From positions 1,624 through 65,623 of the forward strand of contig CAZVYX010000027.1 in NCBI GenBank assembly GCA_964631725.1: a stretch of 64,000 nucleotides of DNA, in the 5' to 3' direction. This DNA comes from an uncultured Rhodospirillaceae bacterium. Its GTDB lineage: Bacteria > Pseudomonadota > Alphaproteobacteria > GCA-2731375. The position numbers were made by a program, and so were the translations under genes. The notes beneath the pieces are model-generated. The model was given only the letters and a program-made list of their open reading frames with translations, was not told the origin of the DNA and did not search any database. This document shows, one piece after another, positions 28,408 to 37,353 of this stretch; the stretch's first letter is position 1; every line of letters begins with the position of its first letter.

Positions 28408-29472
28408 CTACCCGCACGGCAGCGGTGGCTCAACGTCCAATTTCTCGTTCCAGGGCGCCAGGCTATCCAAGATGGTGGGATATAATATCACACCTTCGGC
28501 CACGGCTTGCCGCCTGCGGGTCAAGGCGCCATCTCCTGGCATGCGAACGGGGGATTGACCGTCGGGAACAGCCGCAGCGCGGCAGACATCCGCCAGCCAG
28601 CCGGTCTGATGCGTAAACGCTTCAACGCCGCCGAAGGCATCAGGATCGATGATCTGCAGGAACACCCCGGCGCCCCAATTCGTCGGGTTGTCGGCCCGGC
28701 CATAGCCCGGCAGGCCAGACGTCAGGGCCTCGATCATCAGAGCCAGGGCGAAACCTTTGTGGCCCCGGTCCAGGCCGCCCAGGGCCAACAGCGCGCCGGG
28801 CGGATCGGTTTCCAGTACTTTGGGATCATCACTGGCCTGGCCTTGATTGTCGACCAGCCAGGGGCCCGGCAGCTTGCGGTTCTCGCCATCCATGCGCGCC
28901 GACAGGCCCATGGTCGTGGCCGAGGCGGAGATATCGATCAGAATGGGATCGCCCGTGGTGGGAATGCCTACCGCAAGGGGATCGGGGGTGAATTTGGCTT
29001 CGTAGGAGCCAAAGGGCGCCACGGCGGCGACGGAAGGATCGGAGCTGGCCAGGGTGATCATCAGGTTCCGGTCCGTGGCCTGGGTCAGAAACGTTGCCAG
29101 GCAGGCAATATGATGACTGCGCCGAATGGATACGGTTACCGTGCCATATTGCTTGGCCCGTTCGCACGCGGTCCGGATTGCATTCCAGGTCAGCCAGACT
29201 CCCGACAGATAGCCGCCGTCCCAAACCATGGTGGCGCCCCGGTCGGTAATCACCTCCGGCTCGCCCGTTGCGGCCATCAGGCCGTTCGCCAGATGATCCA
29301 GATATTGTCGGCCCAGGGCCAGGCCATGGGTGTCGTGACCCATGGCGTCGGCTTCGACCAGCAATTCGGCGACAATGGCGGCGCGGTCGGCGGGCATGCC
29401 GGCGGCGGTGAACAGGTCCGTGGCGTAACGGACCAGATCGCCGATCGCATAGCGTGGTGTTGCGCCGTTCAT
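28408..29472 (-). CDS. Ldh2-family (malate/L-lactate/L-sulfolactate type) dehydrogenase
   Basis: Ldh2 motifs (HDTHGL, HKGFALA). Start at 29472 (MNGATP...) or 29490. Confidence 0.75.
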   Translation of the reverse strand: MNGATPRYAIGDLVRYATDLFTAAGMPADRAAIVAELLVEADAMGHDTHGLALGRQYLDHLANGLMAATGEPEVITDRGATMVWDGGYLSGVWLTWNAIRTACERAKQYGTVTVSIRRSHHIACLATFLTQATDRNLMITLASSDPSVAAVAPFGSYEAKFTPDPLAVGIPTTGDPILIDISASATTMGLSARMDGENRKLPGPWLVDNQGQASDDPKVLETDPPGALLALGGLDRGHKGFALALMIEALTSGLPGYGRADNPTNWGAGVFLQIIDPDAFGGVEAFTHQTGWLADVCRAAAVPDGQSPVRMPGDGALTRRRQAVAEGVILYPTILDSLAPWNEKLDVEPPLPCG

Positions 29473-29632
29473 TAGGCGGCTTCGGCCCATCGGCTATTCA
29501 AGACCACCGCTCCCGAAATCGGCCGGTTGATGATCCTGTCGTCGCTAAATGCCATCGCGGCGGACCTCTCAAAATAACGCTGCCGGGCCCGGTTTGACGC
29601 CGGGCCCGGCAAAAACGTCTTGTATTGTCAGC

Positions 29633-30565
29633 CTAGACCGGGTCCCAACTGAACACGTCGCCGCTACGCTCGAGAGGCATGAAGCTGGACTTCATGGCCG
29701 GCAGGGCATGTTCGGCGATGGTTTCCGGCGTCCAGCCTTCGCTGCGCTGCACCGAGCGGACCGGGCGGGGTTGGTTAAAGAGGAAGATCTCGTTATGGCG
29801 CACGCCAAAGATCTGCGCCGTGACCTCCGATGCCGCATCCGACAGCAGGAACACCGCCATGGGTGCGATCTTGGCGGGGGTCATGGCCTTGATCTTCTCG
29901 ACCCGCGCCTTTTCCTCCTCCGAGGAAATGGGAATGGTGCCGATCAGACGGCTCCATGCGAACGGCGAGATGCAGTTGGAGCGCACGCCGAAGCGCGACA
30001 TATCCAAGGCCAGGGACTTGGACAGACCGACGATGCCCAGCTTGGCCGCGGCATAGTTCGCCTGACCGAAGTTGCCGACCAGGCCGGAGGTCGAGGTCAT
30101 GTGCACGAAGGCACCGCTGCCCTGCTCGCGAAAATGCGTCGCCGCGGCCCGGGCCACGTTGAAACAGCCCTTCAGATGCACGGCGATGACGATGTCCCAT
30201 TCCTCCTCGGTCATCTTGTGGAAGATGACGTCGCGCAGAATGCCGGCATTGTTGACGATACCGTCGATCTTGCCATAGGTTTCGACGGCCTGTTGCACCA
30301 TGGCCTCGGCGGCGTCGAAATCCGCGACCGAGCCATAGTTGGCCACGGCTTCGCCGCCGGCTTCCTTGATGTCGCCGACCACTTCCATGGCCGGGGTTTT
30401 GTCCTCGCCCTCGCCATCGGCCTGGCCGCCCAGGTCATTGACGATCACCTTGGCGCCCTGGCTGGCGGCCATAAGGGCGATATCACGGCCCACGCCGCGC
30501 CCGGCGCCCGTTACCAGAATTACCTTGTCTTTCAGCATTTCGCCGCCACTGATTTGCTCTGTCAT
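29633..30565 (-). CDS. SDR oxidoreductase, (R)-3-hydroxyacyl-CoA dehydrogenase / MFE-2-like
   Basis: VILVTGAGRGVGR...NNAGILRD...YAAAK. Confidence 0.75.
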   Translation of the reverse strand: MTEQISGGEMLKDKVILVTGAGRGVGRDIALMAASQGAKVIVNDLGGQADGEGEDKTPAMEVVGDIKEAGGEAVANYGSVADFDAAEAMVQQAVETYGKIDGIVNNAGILRDVIFHKMTEEEWDIVIAVHLKGCFNVARAAATHFREQGSGAFVHMTSTSGLVGNFGQANYAAAKLGIVGLSKSLALDMSRFGVRSNCISPFAWSRLIGTIPISSEEEKARVEKIKAMTPAKIAPMAVFLLSDAASEVTAQIFGVRHNEIFLFNQPRPVRSVQRSEGWTPETIAEHALPAMKSSFMPLERSGDVFSWDPV

Positions 30566-30614
30566 GACCTCTTCCTTCCTCCATGGCGCATCAACGCGCG
30601 CCCGTTTCCGTTAC

Positions 30615-30711
30615 CTAGCGCATGTCGGGTTTAACCAAACCCGAACCCATGCGCAAAAACTTTTGGAATAGAGCAACTTATCCGCATTCAATTGAATGCG
30701 GGTTGCTCTAG
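30615..30711 (-). repeat. MITE-like repeat subtype B, copy B2 (inverted relative to B1), CTAG both ends
   Basis: ctagcgcatgtcgggtttaaccaaacccgaacccatgcgc ... agagcaacttatccgcattcaattgaatgcgggttgctctag. Confidence 0.8.
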
Positions 30712-30789
30712 TCAAATCCGAAGGCCGCAACATACACCGCCCGTCGGCAGAGGCAAGGGAGAGGCTTGTCCGCCCCGTCCTGCGGTCGC

Positions 30790-31896
30790 TCAACTCTGGA
30801 AATCGTTGATGGACAGCTCAGCCCGCATGTCGCGGGTTGCCTCTTCCTTGTAGTCTTCCAGAGGAATACCGGCGCCGTCGGCGATCTTCACGACGGCGCT
30901 GAACGAGGCGATGGTGGCGCAAGCATCGACAAAGGCAGCGTCGCCCATATTCTCGCGCACCGTCCGCCGCGCCGCCGCCATTTCAGCCGCGTCGCCGCCA
31001 TGCACGGCCCCTACCAGATCCATCAGGATTTCGCCGTGGGGGATACTGCTCACCGCCGCCTCGTCCGTCATGATGGCGGACAGATCGTACTGATCACCAG
31101 AACTTTTGCCGCTCTCACGGAGCAGGGCCGAATGGCTGGTGGTTCAATAATAGCAGCCGTTCAGGGCCGAGGTTCGCCCCGCGATCAGCTCGATCTGGGC
31201 ATGGCTGATGGCGCGGAAATCATGCTCGAAATCCCTGATCTCGTGATCCTTCATATACAGCTCGACATCGAGATCGAAGAAGTTGAAGACTTCCTGGGGC
31301 ACCAGACTGACGCCGCGATGAATGTTCTTGTCGCCATGCACGGGGTAGGGATTGGGATCATCCGGACCGACATCTTCCGGTGCCAGGGTGGCGACATAGG
31401 CCAGATTGCGCTTGGCGCCCATCGGCCGTTGCCGGCTGGGTTCGCCGGGCATGGGCGCCGGCAGCTCGCGTGGCGGCAGGCCCAGGCCCTGGTGCAGTTT
31501 GTCCAGCCCCGTCAGCACCGCGATGACGCCGATAATCTCGACATATTCGGTTTCTTCCAACGCCGGCATTGCACTGCCTTCGACCAGGGAAAGTATCCAG
31601 CGCTCGGTGATCCGGCCCGCATCGGTGACAATTCTATGGATCGCCTCGATCGCCGCCGGCGGCAGGTCGGAGGAGCTGTCGTGTTCGCCCGCCACGGTAT
31701 AGGGCGACAATGCCGCCTGGCGCTCGCGGCACAAACCGCAGTCTCCCGCGCGCCGCGCCTCCGCCGCGATGGCCAGGCGCTCGGCCCCGGTCCACCAGGT
31801 GCCGGGCCGGGCCAGACGGTCCCAGGCGACTTCCACCTCCCGGGCCAGACTTTCACGTATGGGCAGCATTTCGCCCGCGACTTCAATTTCGGTCAT
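30790..31896 (-). CDS. AhpD-like / carboxymuconolactone-decarboxylase-family candidate selenoprotein. In-frame TGA (31144..31146) read as Sec within C-x-x-U-x-x-x-H.
   Basis: Track ORFs 31144..31896 and 30790..31071 share one frame, separated only by TGA. Joined they read ...ALNGCYY-U-TTSHSALL..., matching the AhpD Cys-x-x-Cys-x3-His motif with Sec at the resolving position. Confidence 0.65.
31093..31143 (-). promoter_or_regulatory. candidate bacterial SECIS element immediately 3' of the UGA
   Basis: mRNA: UGA-ac-CACCAG-ccauucggcc-CUGCUC-cguga-GAGCGG-caaaaguu-CUGGUG. Outer 6-bp stem, inner 6-bp stem (one G-U pair), 5-nt apical loop containing GU. Apex is ~30 nt from the UGA. Confidence 0.4.
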
Positions 31897-31907
31897 ATTG
31901 AACCTCC

Positions 31908-32669
31908 CTAAATCACTTCCGCCGGGGCCTGGGGCACGGTCTTCCAGAAATCCGCATCATGGCCGTAGAATATCCGGGCGCCCGCGGTCTGCAGGGCGCG
32001 GATACGCTTCAGGCTTTCCAGCATTTCCTCCCTGTCATGCACCACCTTTGGCAGGTGCAGCCTTTCCAATGTCTGGCGCAGATAACAGGCATCCCCCGCC
32101 AGCAAGACATCGCCGCCGCCCAGACGGACCTTGAGGGACTGATGCCCCGGCGTATGGCCGTACGTTGGAATGCAGACCACGCTGCCGTCGCCGAACAGGT
32201 CATGTTCGCCATCCACCAAATTCAGATCATGGCCGTGATCATAGTCCTCCAGGGCGAAGCCGTTGGATTTCATCAGGTCCGGGTCGTGACCGGCCAGCCA
32301 TTCCCGTTTCTGCACGACCAATTGCGCATTCTTGACCTGATAATTGCCACCCGCGTGGTCGAAATGCAGATGGGAATTGACCAGATAGCGGACCTTTTCA
32401 ACATCCACGTCACAGCGTTCCAGGCGGGCGCCCAGCTCCTCGCCAACTTTGAATTCCGGGCTGAAATGCTTGGTGATGACCTGGGCGCGTTTTTTTACCG
32501 GATTCTGAATATCCGTGTGCAGGCCGCTGTCGAACAGCACCTGGCCCTTGGGATGGTCGATCAGATAGACCGGCACGGGCAGGCGGATTTCGCCATCTTC
32601 CCCGTCCAGGAAACTATGCAGGGGCATGGTCAACCAACCGCAGGTCATGGCGTACAGGCGAACGGACAT
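31908..32669 (-). CDS. MBL-fold N-acyl-homoserine-lactonase-like hydrolase (AttM/AiiB type)
   Basis: MSVRLYAMTCGWL..., HLHFDHAGG zinc motif. The stop is 11 bp upstream of the selenoprotein start. Confidence 0.75.
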   Translation of the reverse strand: MSVRLYAMTCGWLTMPLHSFLDGEDGEIRLPVPVYLIDHPKGQVLFDSGLHTDIQNPVKKRAQVITKHFSPEFKVGEELGARLERCDVDVEKVRYLVNSHLHFDHAGGNYQVKNAQLVVQKREWLAGHDPDLMKSNGFALEDYDHGHDLNLVDGEHDLFGDGSVVCIPTYGHTPGHQSLKVRLGGGDVLLAGDACYLRQTLERLHLPKVVHDREEMLESLKRIRALQTAGARIFYGHDADFWKTVPQAPAEVI

Positions 32670-32799
32670 TTCAACTCCCAAAAAACTACAGCTGAAGAAT
32701 TGCGGCTGAATGTAGCAGGGGCCAACAATTACGAGACTCGAACAATGTTTGCTTTTATGCTCCGCCGCAAGTCAATTACAAGATATAGGAGACGCCAAA

Positions 32800-33549
32800 A
32801 TGCGTGGATTAAAGGGCAAGAACGTAATTCTCACCGGCGGTGCCAGCGGCATCGGGCAGGCGATCAGCCTGCGTCTGGGCGAAGAAGGCTGCAACGTGGG
32901 GATCTTCGACCTGAACGGTGATGGCGCCAATGCGACGGCCGAAAAGATCCGCACCGCGGGCGGTACCGCCAACGGCTATGCCGTCGATGTCAGCGACTAT
33001 GACGCGGTTGCCAGCGCCGTTGCCACCTTCGAAAGCGATTGCGGCCCGGTGGACGGCCTGGTCAACAACGCCGGCTGGGACAAGTCCATGCCCTTCCTGG
33101 ATACGGATCTGGAGCTTTGGCACAAGGTCGTGGCCATCAACATGTATGGCCCGTTGAATCTATGCCACGTAATCCTGAAAGGCATGGCGGAGCGCGGCAG
33201 CGGCCGGGTGGTCAATATTTCTTCCGATGCGGGCCGGGTCGGGTCCTCCGGCGAGGCGGTGTATGCCGCCTGCAAGGGCGGTCTGATCGCCTTTTCCAAG
33301 ACCATGAGCCGGGAATTGGCGCGCAAGAACATCACGCTGAACACTGTCTGCCCCGGCCCGACCAACACGCCGCTGCTGGCCGAGCAGGGTCCAAAGCTGG
33401 TTGCCGCCCTGGAACGTGCCGTACCCATGCGCCGGGTCGCCGAGCCGGAGGATTATCCGGGTCTGGTATCGTTCTTCCTGTCCGACGATGCCTCCTACAT
33501 CACCGGCCAGACGATTTCCGTCTCGGGCGGCTTGACGATGCATGGGTGA
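32800..33549 (+). CDS. SDR oxidoreductase (BadH-like 2-hydroxycyclohexanecarboxyl-CoA dehydrogenase candidate)
   Basis: LTGGASGIGQA...NNAG...YAACK. RBS AGGAG precedes the ATG at 32800. Confidence 0.75.
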   Translation: MRGLKGKNVILTGGASGIGQAISLRLGEEGCNVGIFDLNGDGANATAEKIRTAGGTANGYAVDVSDYDAVASAVATFESDCGPVDGLVNNAGWDKSMPFLDTDLELWHKVVAINMYGPLNLCHVILKGMAERGSGRVVNISSDAGRVGSSGEAVYAACKGGLIAFSKTMSRELARKNITLNTVCPGPTNTPLLAEQGPKLVAALERAVPMRRVAEPEDYPGLVSFFLSDDASYITGQTISVSGGLTMHG

Positions 33550-33626
33550 TTTTTCTTAGTTGGCTGAACCACCCGCTCCCCTGGAGTAGGCGGCCAGGCG
33601 AACGCAGCGAATAGCGAGTAATTTTC

Positions 33627-34418
33627 ATGGACTTCAAGGATCTGATCTATACCGAGAAGGACGGCGTTGCGACGATTATGATCAATCGTCCGAAGGTCTA
33701 TAACGCTTTCAGCAATCAAACGGCGGAAGAGTTGATCAAGGCCTTCAACATGGCCGGCTGGAACCCCGACATCGGCGTTGTTGTATTCACTGGTGTTGGC
33801 GACAAAGCCTTTTGCACCGGCGGCGACCAGTCGGCGGACTCCCACGAGGGCAGTTACGGCGGCCGGGGCACCACGGGCATGCCGGTGGAGGAATTGCACA
33901 CCATTATCCGCGATATCCCCAAGCCGGTGATCGCCCGCGTCAATGGCTATGCCATCGGCGGCGGTCACGTCTTCCACGTCTTGTGCGATCTGACCATTGC
34001 CTCGGACAATGCCATCTTCGGCCAGGTCGGGCCCGCCATGGGCTCGGTCGATCCGGGCTTTGGCACGGCTTATCTGGCCCGCCTGGTGGGCGAGAAAAAG
34101 GCGCGGGAGATCTGGTACATGTGCCGCCGTTATTCGGCCCAGGAAGCCCTGGAAATGGGTTTGGTCAACGCGGTGGTGCCGTTCGACAAGCTGGACGAGG
34201 AGGTGGATGCCTGGTGCCAGGAAATCATGGCCAAAAGCCCCACCGCCCTGGCCATCGCCAAGCGCAGCTTCAATGCCGATACCGAGCATATCCGCGGCCT
34301 GGGCGTGTTGGGTTTCCAGGCCCTGAAGGGTTACTACGAAACGGAAGAATCCAAGGAAGGTGTCAATGCCTTCCGGGAAAAGCGCAAGCCAGATTTCCGC
34401 AAGTATCAACCCCGCTGA
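33627..34418 (+). CDS. MenB/BadI-family crotonase (naphthoate synthase / 2-ketocyclohexanecarboxyl-CoA hydrolase type)
   Basis: Close motif match to MenB (VNGYAIGGGHV, DNAIFGQ.GP..GS.D.G.G, KKAREIWY, PDF.K). Confidence 0.8.
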   Translation: MDFKDLIYTEKDGVATIMINRPKVYNAFSNQTAEELIKAFNMAGWNPDIGVVVFTGVGDKAFCTGGDQSADSHEGSYGGRGTTGMPVEELHTIIRDIPKPVIARVNGYAIGGGHVFHVLCDLTIASDNAIFGQVGPAMGSVDPGFGTAYLARLVGEKKAREIWYMCRRYSAQEALEMGLVNAVVPFDKLDEEVDAWCQEIMAKSPTALAIAKRSFNADTEHIRGLGVLGFQALKGYYETEESKEGVNAFREKRKPDFRKYQPR

Positions 34419-34435
34419 ACGAAGAGCAATTTTCA

Positions 34436-34525
34436 AACAATTGGATTCGCCTTGGCGATACAAGTGATTGGTTCAATTGCTCTTTTCTCAAGTGTCCGAG
34501 CATGTTTAGAAGAGACATGCTCTGG
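34436..34525 (+). repeat. MITE-like repeat subtype A, copy A3 (ends degraded: gaag.../...ctgg)
   Basis: agagcaattttcaaacaattggattcgccttggcgatacaagtgattggttcaattgctct + gagcatgtttagaagagacatgctc. Confidence 0.75.
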
Positions 34526-34544
34526 CCGCGAAATTCTGTATGAT

Positions 34545-34605
34545 CCGGGCCGGCCTTTGTTGCGACAGTCAGTGTCGCAAAACGGGGCCGGCCCGTTTTG
34601 TTTTG
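34545..34605 (+). terminator. rho-independent terminator candidate
   Basis: ccgggccggcc-tttg-ttgcgaca-gtcag-tgtcgcaa-aacg-gggccggcccg, then ttttgttttgg. Confidence 0.5.
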
Positions 34606-34621
34606 GCGTAGACGAGAGTGA

Positions 34622-36187
34622 ATGATGAGCAATTCCGACGGCTACCTTTTCATGGCGGATCCGATCCGCCGCCATGCGCTGGAGCGGGGCGACCGCCCGG
34701 CCCTGGTATTCGAGGGCCAGGAAACCACCTACCGCCAGCTTGATGCCCGCTCCAATCAGGTTGCCAACGGCTTGATCGCCGCCGGCGTCAAACCGGGCCA
34801 GCGGATCGCCATTCTGGCCAAGAATATCGATCTGTTTTTCGAGATCTATTACGGCGCCACCAAGGCCGGCGCCGTGCTGGTGCCGATCAATTTCCGCCTG
34901 GCGCCGCCCGAGGTCGCCTATGTCCTCAACGATGCGGTTGCCAAGATGCTGTTTGTCACCGAGGAGTTTCATGATCTGGTGGCCGGGGTCGAGGCGGAGG
35001 TAGCCGGTCTCGAACAGGTCCTTACCCTACAGGACGGCCGCGACGGCTGGACCGGTTATGCCGCCTGGCGCGACGGGCAGCCGACGGACGATCCGCGGAT
35101 GGAGGGCGCGCCATCGGATACCTGCCTGCAGGCCTATTCGTCCGGCACCACGGGCCACCCCAAGGGCGTGGAGATCACCCACGATAATTTTGTCCAGTTT
35201 CTGCCCAACCCGCTGGCGGAATGGGGCACCTGGGAAGCGGACGATGTTTCCCTGGTCGCCATGCCGTTGTTCCATGTGGCCGGCTGCGTCTGGGCCTTTG
35301 TCGGACTATACATTGGCGCCAACAACATCCTGCTGCCGGAGGTTGATCCGCCGGCGATCCTGAAAGCCATCGAGACCTACAAGGTCACCCAGGTGATCTT
35401 CGTGCCGGCGGTGATCCTGTTCCTGCTGCAAACGCCGGGCGCGGCGGAGACAGATGTTTCGTCGGTCAAGATGGTGCTGTACGGCGCCTCGCCCATTCCC
35501 CAGCCGGTGCTGCAACAGGCCATGGAGATTTTCGATTGCGGTTTTGCCCAGCTTTATGGGCTGACTGAAACCACGGGCGCCGTGACCTATCTGCCGCCCG
35601 AGGATCACGACGGCAGCGAAAAGATGAAATCCTGCGGCAAGCCCATGCGTGGGGCGAAAATCCGCGTCGTCGATGAAAACGGCCAGGATTGTCCGCCCGG
35701 CGTGGTGGGGGAGGTTATCATCGCCGGCGTGCAGGTCATGAAGGGCTATTGGAACCAACCGGAAGAGACCGCCAAGGCCGTCCGCGATGGCTGGTTCTAT
35801 TCCGGCGATGCCGGTTATTTCGATGCCGAGGGCTATTTGTACATCCACGACCGGGTCAAGGACATGATCGTCTCGGGCGGCGAGAACATCTACCCCGCCG
35901 AGGTGGAGAGCGCCCTGGCCGGCCACGAAAAGATCGCCGATGTGGCCGTGATCGGCGTGCCGGACGAAAAATGGGGTGAAACTGTGAAGGCCGTCATCGT
36001 CACCGCGCCCGGCGCGGATTTGAGCGCCGATGAGGTTATTGCCTATGCCCGGCAACAGATCGCCGGCTACAAGATCCCCCGCTCGGTGGATTTCACGGAC
36101 GAACTGCCGCGCAACCCATCGGGCAAGATCCTGAAACGGGAATTGCGCCAGCCCTATTGGGAAGGCCATGACCGGCAGGTAAACTAG
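34622..36187 (+). CDS. AMP-dependent acyl-CoA ligase (AliA-like candidate)
   Basis: YSSGTTGHPKG, GWFYSGD, SGKILKREL; 521 aa. Confidence 0.85.
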   Translation: MMSNSDGYLFMADPIRRHALERGDRPALVFEGQETTYRQLDARSNQVANGLIAAGVKPGQRIAILAKNIDLFFEIYYGATKAGAVLVPINFRLAPPEVAYVLNDAVAKMLFVTEEFHDLVAGVEAEVAGLEQVLTLQDGRDGWTGYAAWRDGQPTDDPRMEGAPSDTCLQAYSSGTTGHPKGVEITHDNFVQFLPNPLAEWGTWEADDVSLVAMPLFHVAGCVWAFVGLYIGANNILLPEVDPPAILKAIETYKVTQVIFVPAVILFLLQTPGAAETDVSSVKMVLYGASPIPQPVLQQAMEIFDCGFAQLYGLTETTGAVTYLPPEDHDGSEKMKSCGKPMRGAKIRVVDENGQDCPPGVVGEVIIAGVQVMKGYWNQPEETAKAVRDGWFYSGDAGYFDAEGYLYIHDRVKDMIVSGGENIYPAEVESALAGHEKIADVAVIGVPDEKWGETVKAVIVTAPGADLSADEVIAYARQQIAGYKIPRSVDFTDELPRNPSGKILKRELRQPYWEGHDRQVN

Positions 36188-36202
36188 CAGAGGATTGATC
36201 GC

Positions 36203-37339
36203 ATGATCCCGACAGAAGAGCAGATCATGATCCGCGATATGGCCCGGGCCTTCGCGGCGGAGCAAATCGCGCCCCATGCCGGCGAGTGGGAGGACCAGGC
36301 GCAATTTCCGGCGGAGGTCTTCAAGGCCATGGGCGAGCTCGGGCTGATGGGTATGACCGTGCCGGAGGAATGGGGCGGCGCCGGTCTGGACTATGTCACC
36401 TATGCCATGGCGCTGGAGGAGATCGCCGCCGGCGACGGCGCCGTCGCCATGGTCATGAGCGGCCATAACTCCGTCGGCTGCATGCCGATCCTGGAATACG
36501 GCACCGAGGCGCAGAAAGAACGTTATCTGCGCGCCCTGACCCAGGGCGAGATGCTCTGTGCTTTCGCCCTGACGGAGGCCAAGGGCGGCTCCGACGCCGG
36601 CGCCCTGATCACCCGCGCGGTGCGTGATGACGACGGCTACGTCATCAACGGCAACAAGCAGTTCATCACCACCGGCAAGAATGCGGATATCACCCTGATT
36701 TTCGCCGTCACCAACCCGGAATTGGGCACCAAGGGCATTTCCGCCTTTATCGTGCCCACGGATACCCCTGGCTATGAAGTGGTGCGGCTGGAGGAAAAGA
36801 TGGGCCTGAATGCCTCCGACACGGCGCAACTGGCCTTCAACGACATGCGGGTGCCCCACGATGCCCTGCTGGGCGAGGAAGGCCAGGGCTACCGCATCGC
36901 CCTTGGCAATCTGGAGGGCGGGCGTATCGGCATTGCCTCCCAGGCCCTGGGCATGGCGCGGGCGGCCTATGAAGCGGCCCTGGAATACGCGCAGGAACGG
37001 GAAGCCTTCGGTAAGCCGATTATCGAGCATCAGGCGGTGGCCTTCCGTCTGGCGGATATGGCGACGCAATTGGAGGCGGCGCGGCAGTTGATCTGGCATG
37101 CCGCCGCCCTGCGCAGCGCCGGCGAGAAATGCCTGATGGAAGCTTCCATGGCGAAAATGTTCTCCACCGACATGGCGGAGCAGGTCTGCTCCGACGCCAT
37201 GCAGACCCTGGGCGGTTATGGCTTTTTGCGGGACTTTCCCGTGGAGCGCTATTACCGTGGTGTCCGAGGCGCCCGTATTTACGAAGGCACCAATGACATA
37301 CAAAAACTGGTCATCGCCCGGGATATCGCGGCTGACTAG
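36203..37339 (+). CDS. acyl-CoA dehydrogenase (short/medium-chain type; AliB-like candidate)
   Basis: 378 aa with a canonical ACAD C-terminus (YEGTNDIQ). Confidence 0.85.
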   Translation: MIPTEEQIMIRDMARAFAAEQIAPHAGEWEDQAQFPAEVFKAMGELGLMGMTVPEEWGGAGLDYVTYAMALEEIAAGDGAVAMVMSGHNSVGCMPILEYGTEAQKERYLRALTQGEMLCAFALTEAKGGSDAGALITRAVRDDDGYVINGNKQFITTGKNADITLIFAVTNPELGTKGISAFIVPTDTPGYEVVRLEEKMGLNASDTAQLAFNDMRVPHDALLGEEGQGYRIALGNLEGGRIGIASQALGMARAAYEAALEYAQEREAFGKPIIEHQAVAFRLADMATQLEAARQLIWHAAALRSAGEKCLMEASMAKMFSTDMAEQVCSDAMQTLGGYGFLRDFPVERYYRGVRGARIYEGTNDIQKLVIARDIAAD

Positions 37340-37353
37340 GTGGAGGGTTCGTC

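Noticed and set aside
35306-37303. 665-aa ORF antisense to the CoA ligase and acyl-CoA dehydrogenase genes
   Set aside because: Long antisense ORFs are expected by chance in 65% GC DNA. The product is low-complexity (R/G/A/H-rich) and lacks any family signature. The sense genes have strong motifs.
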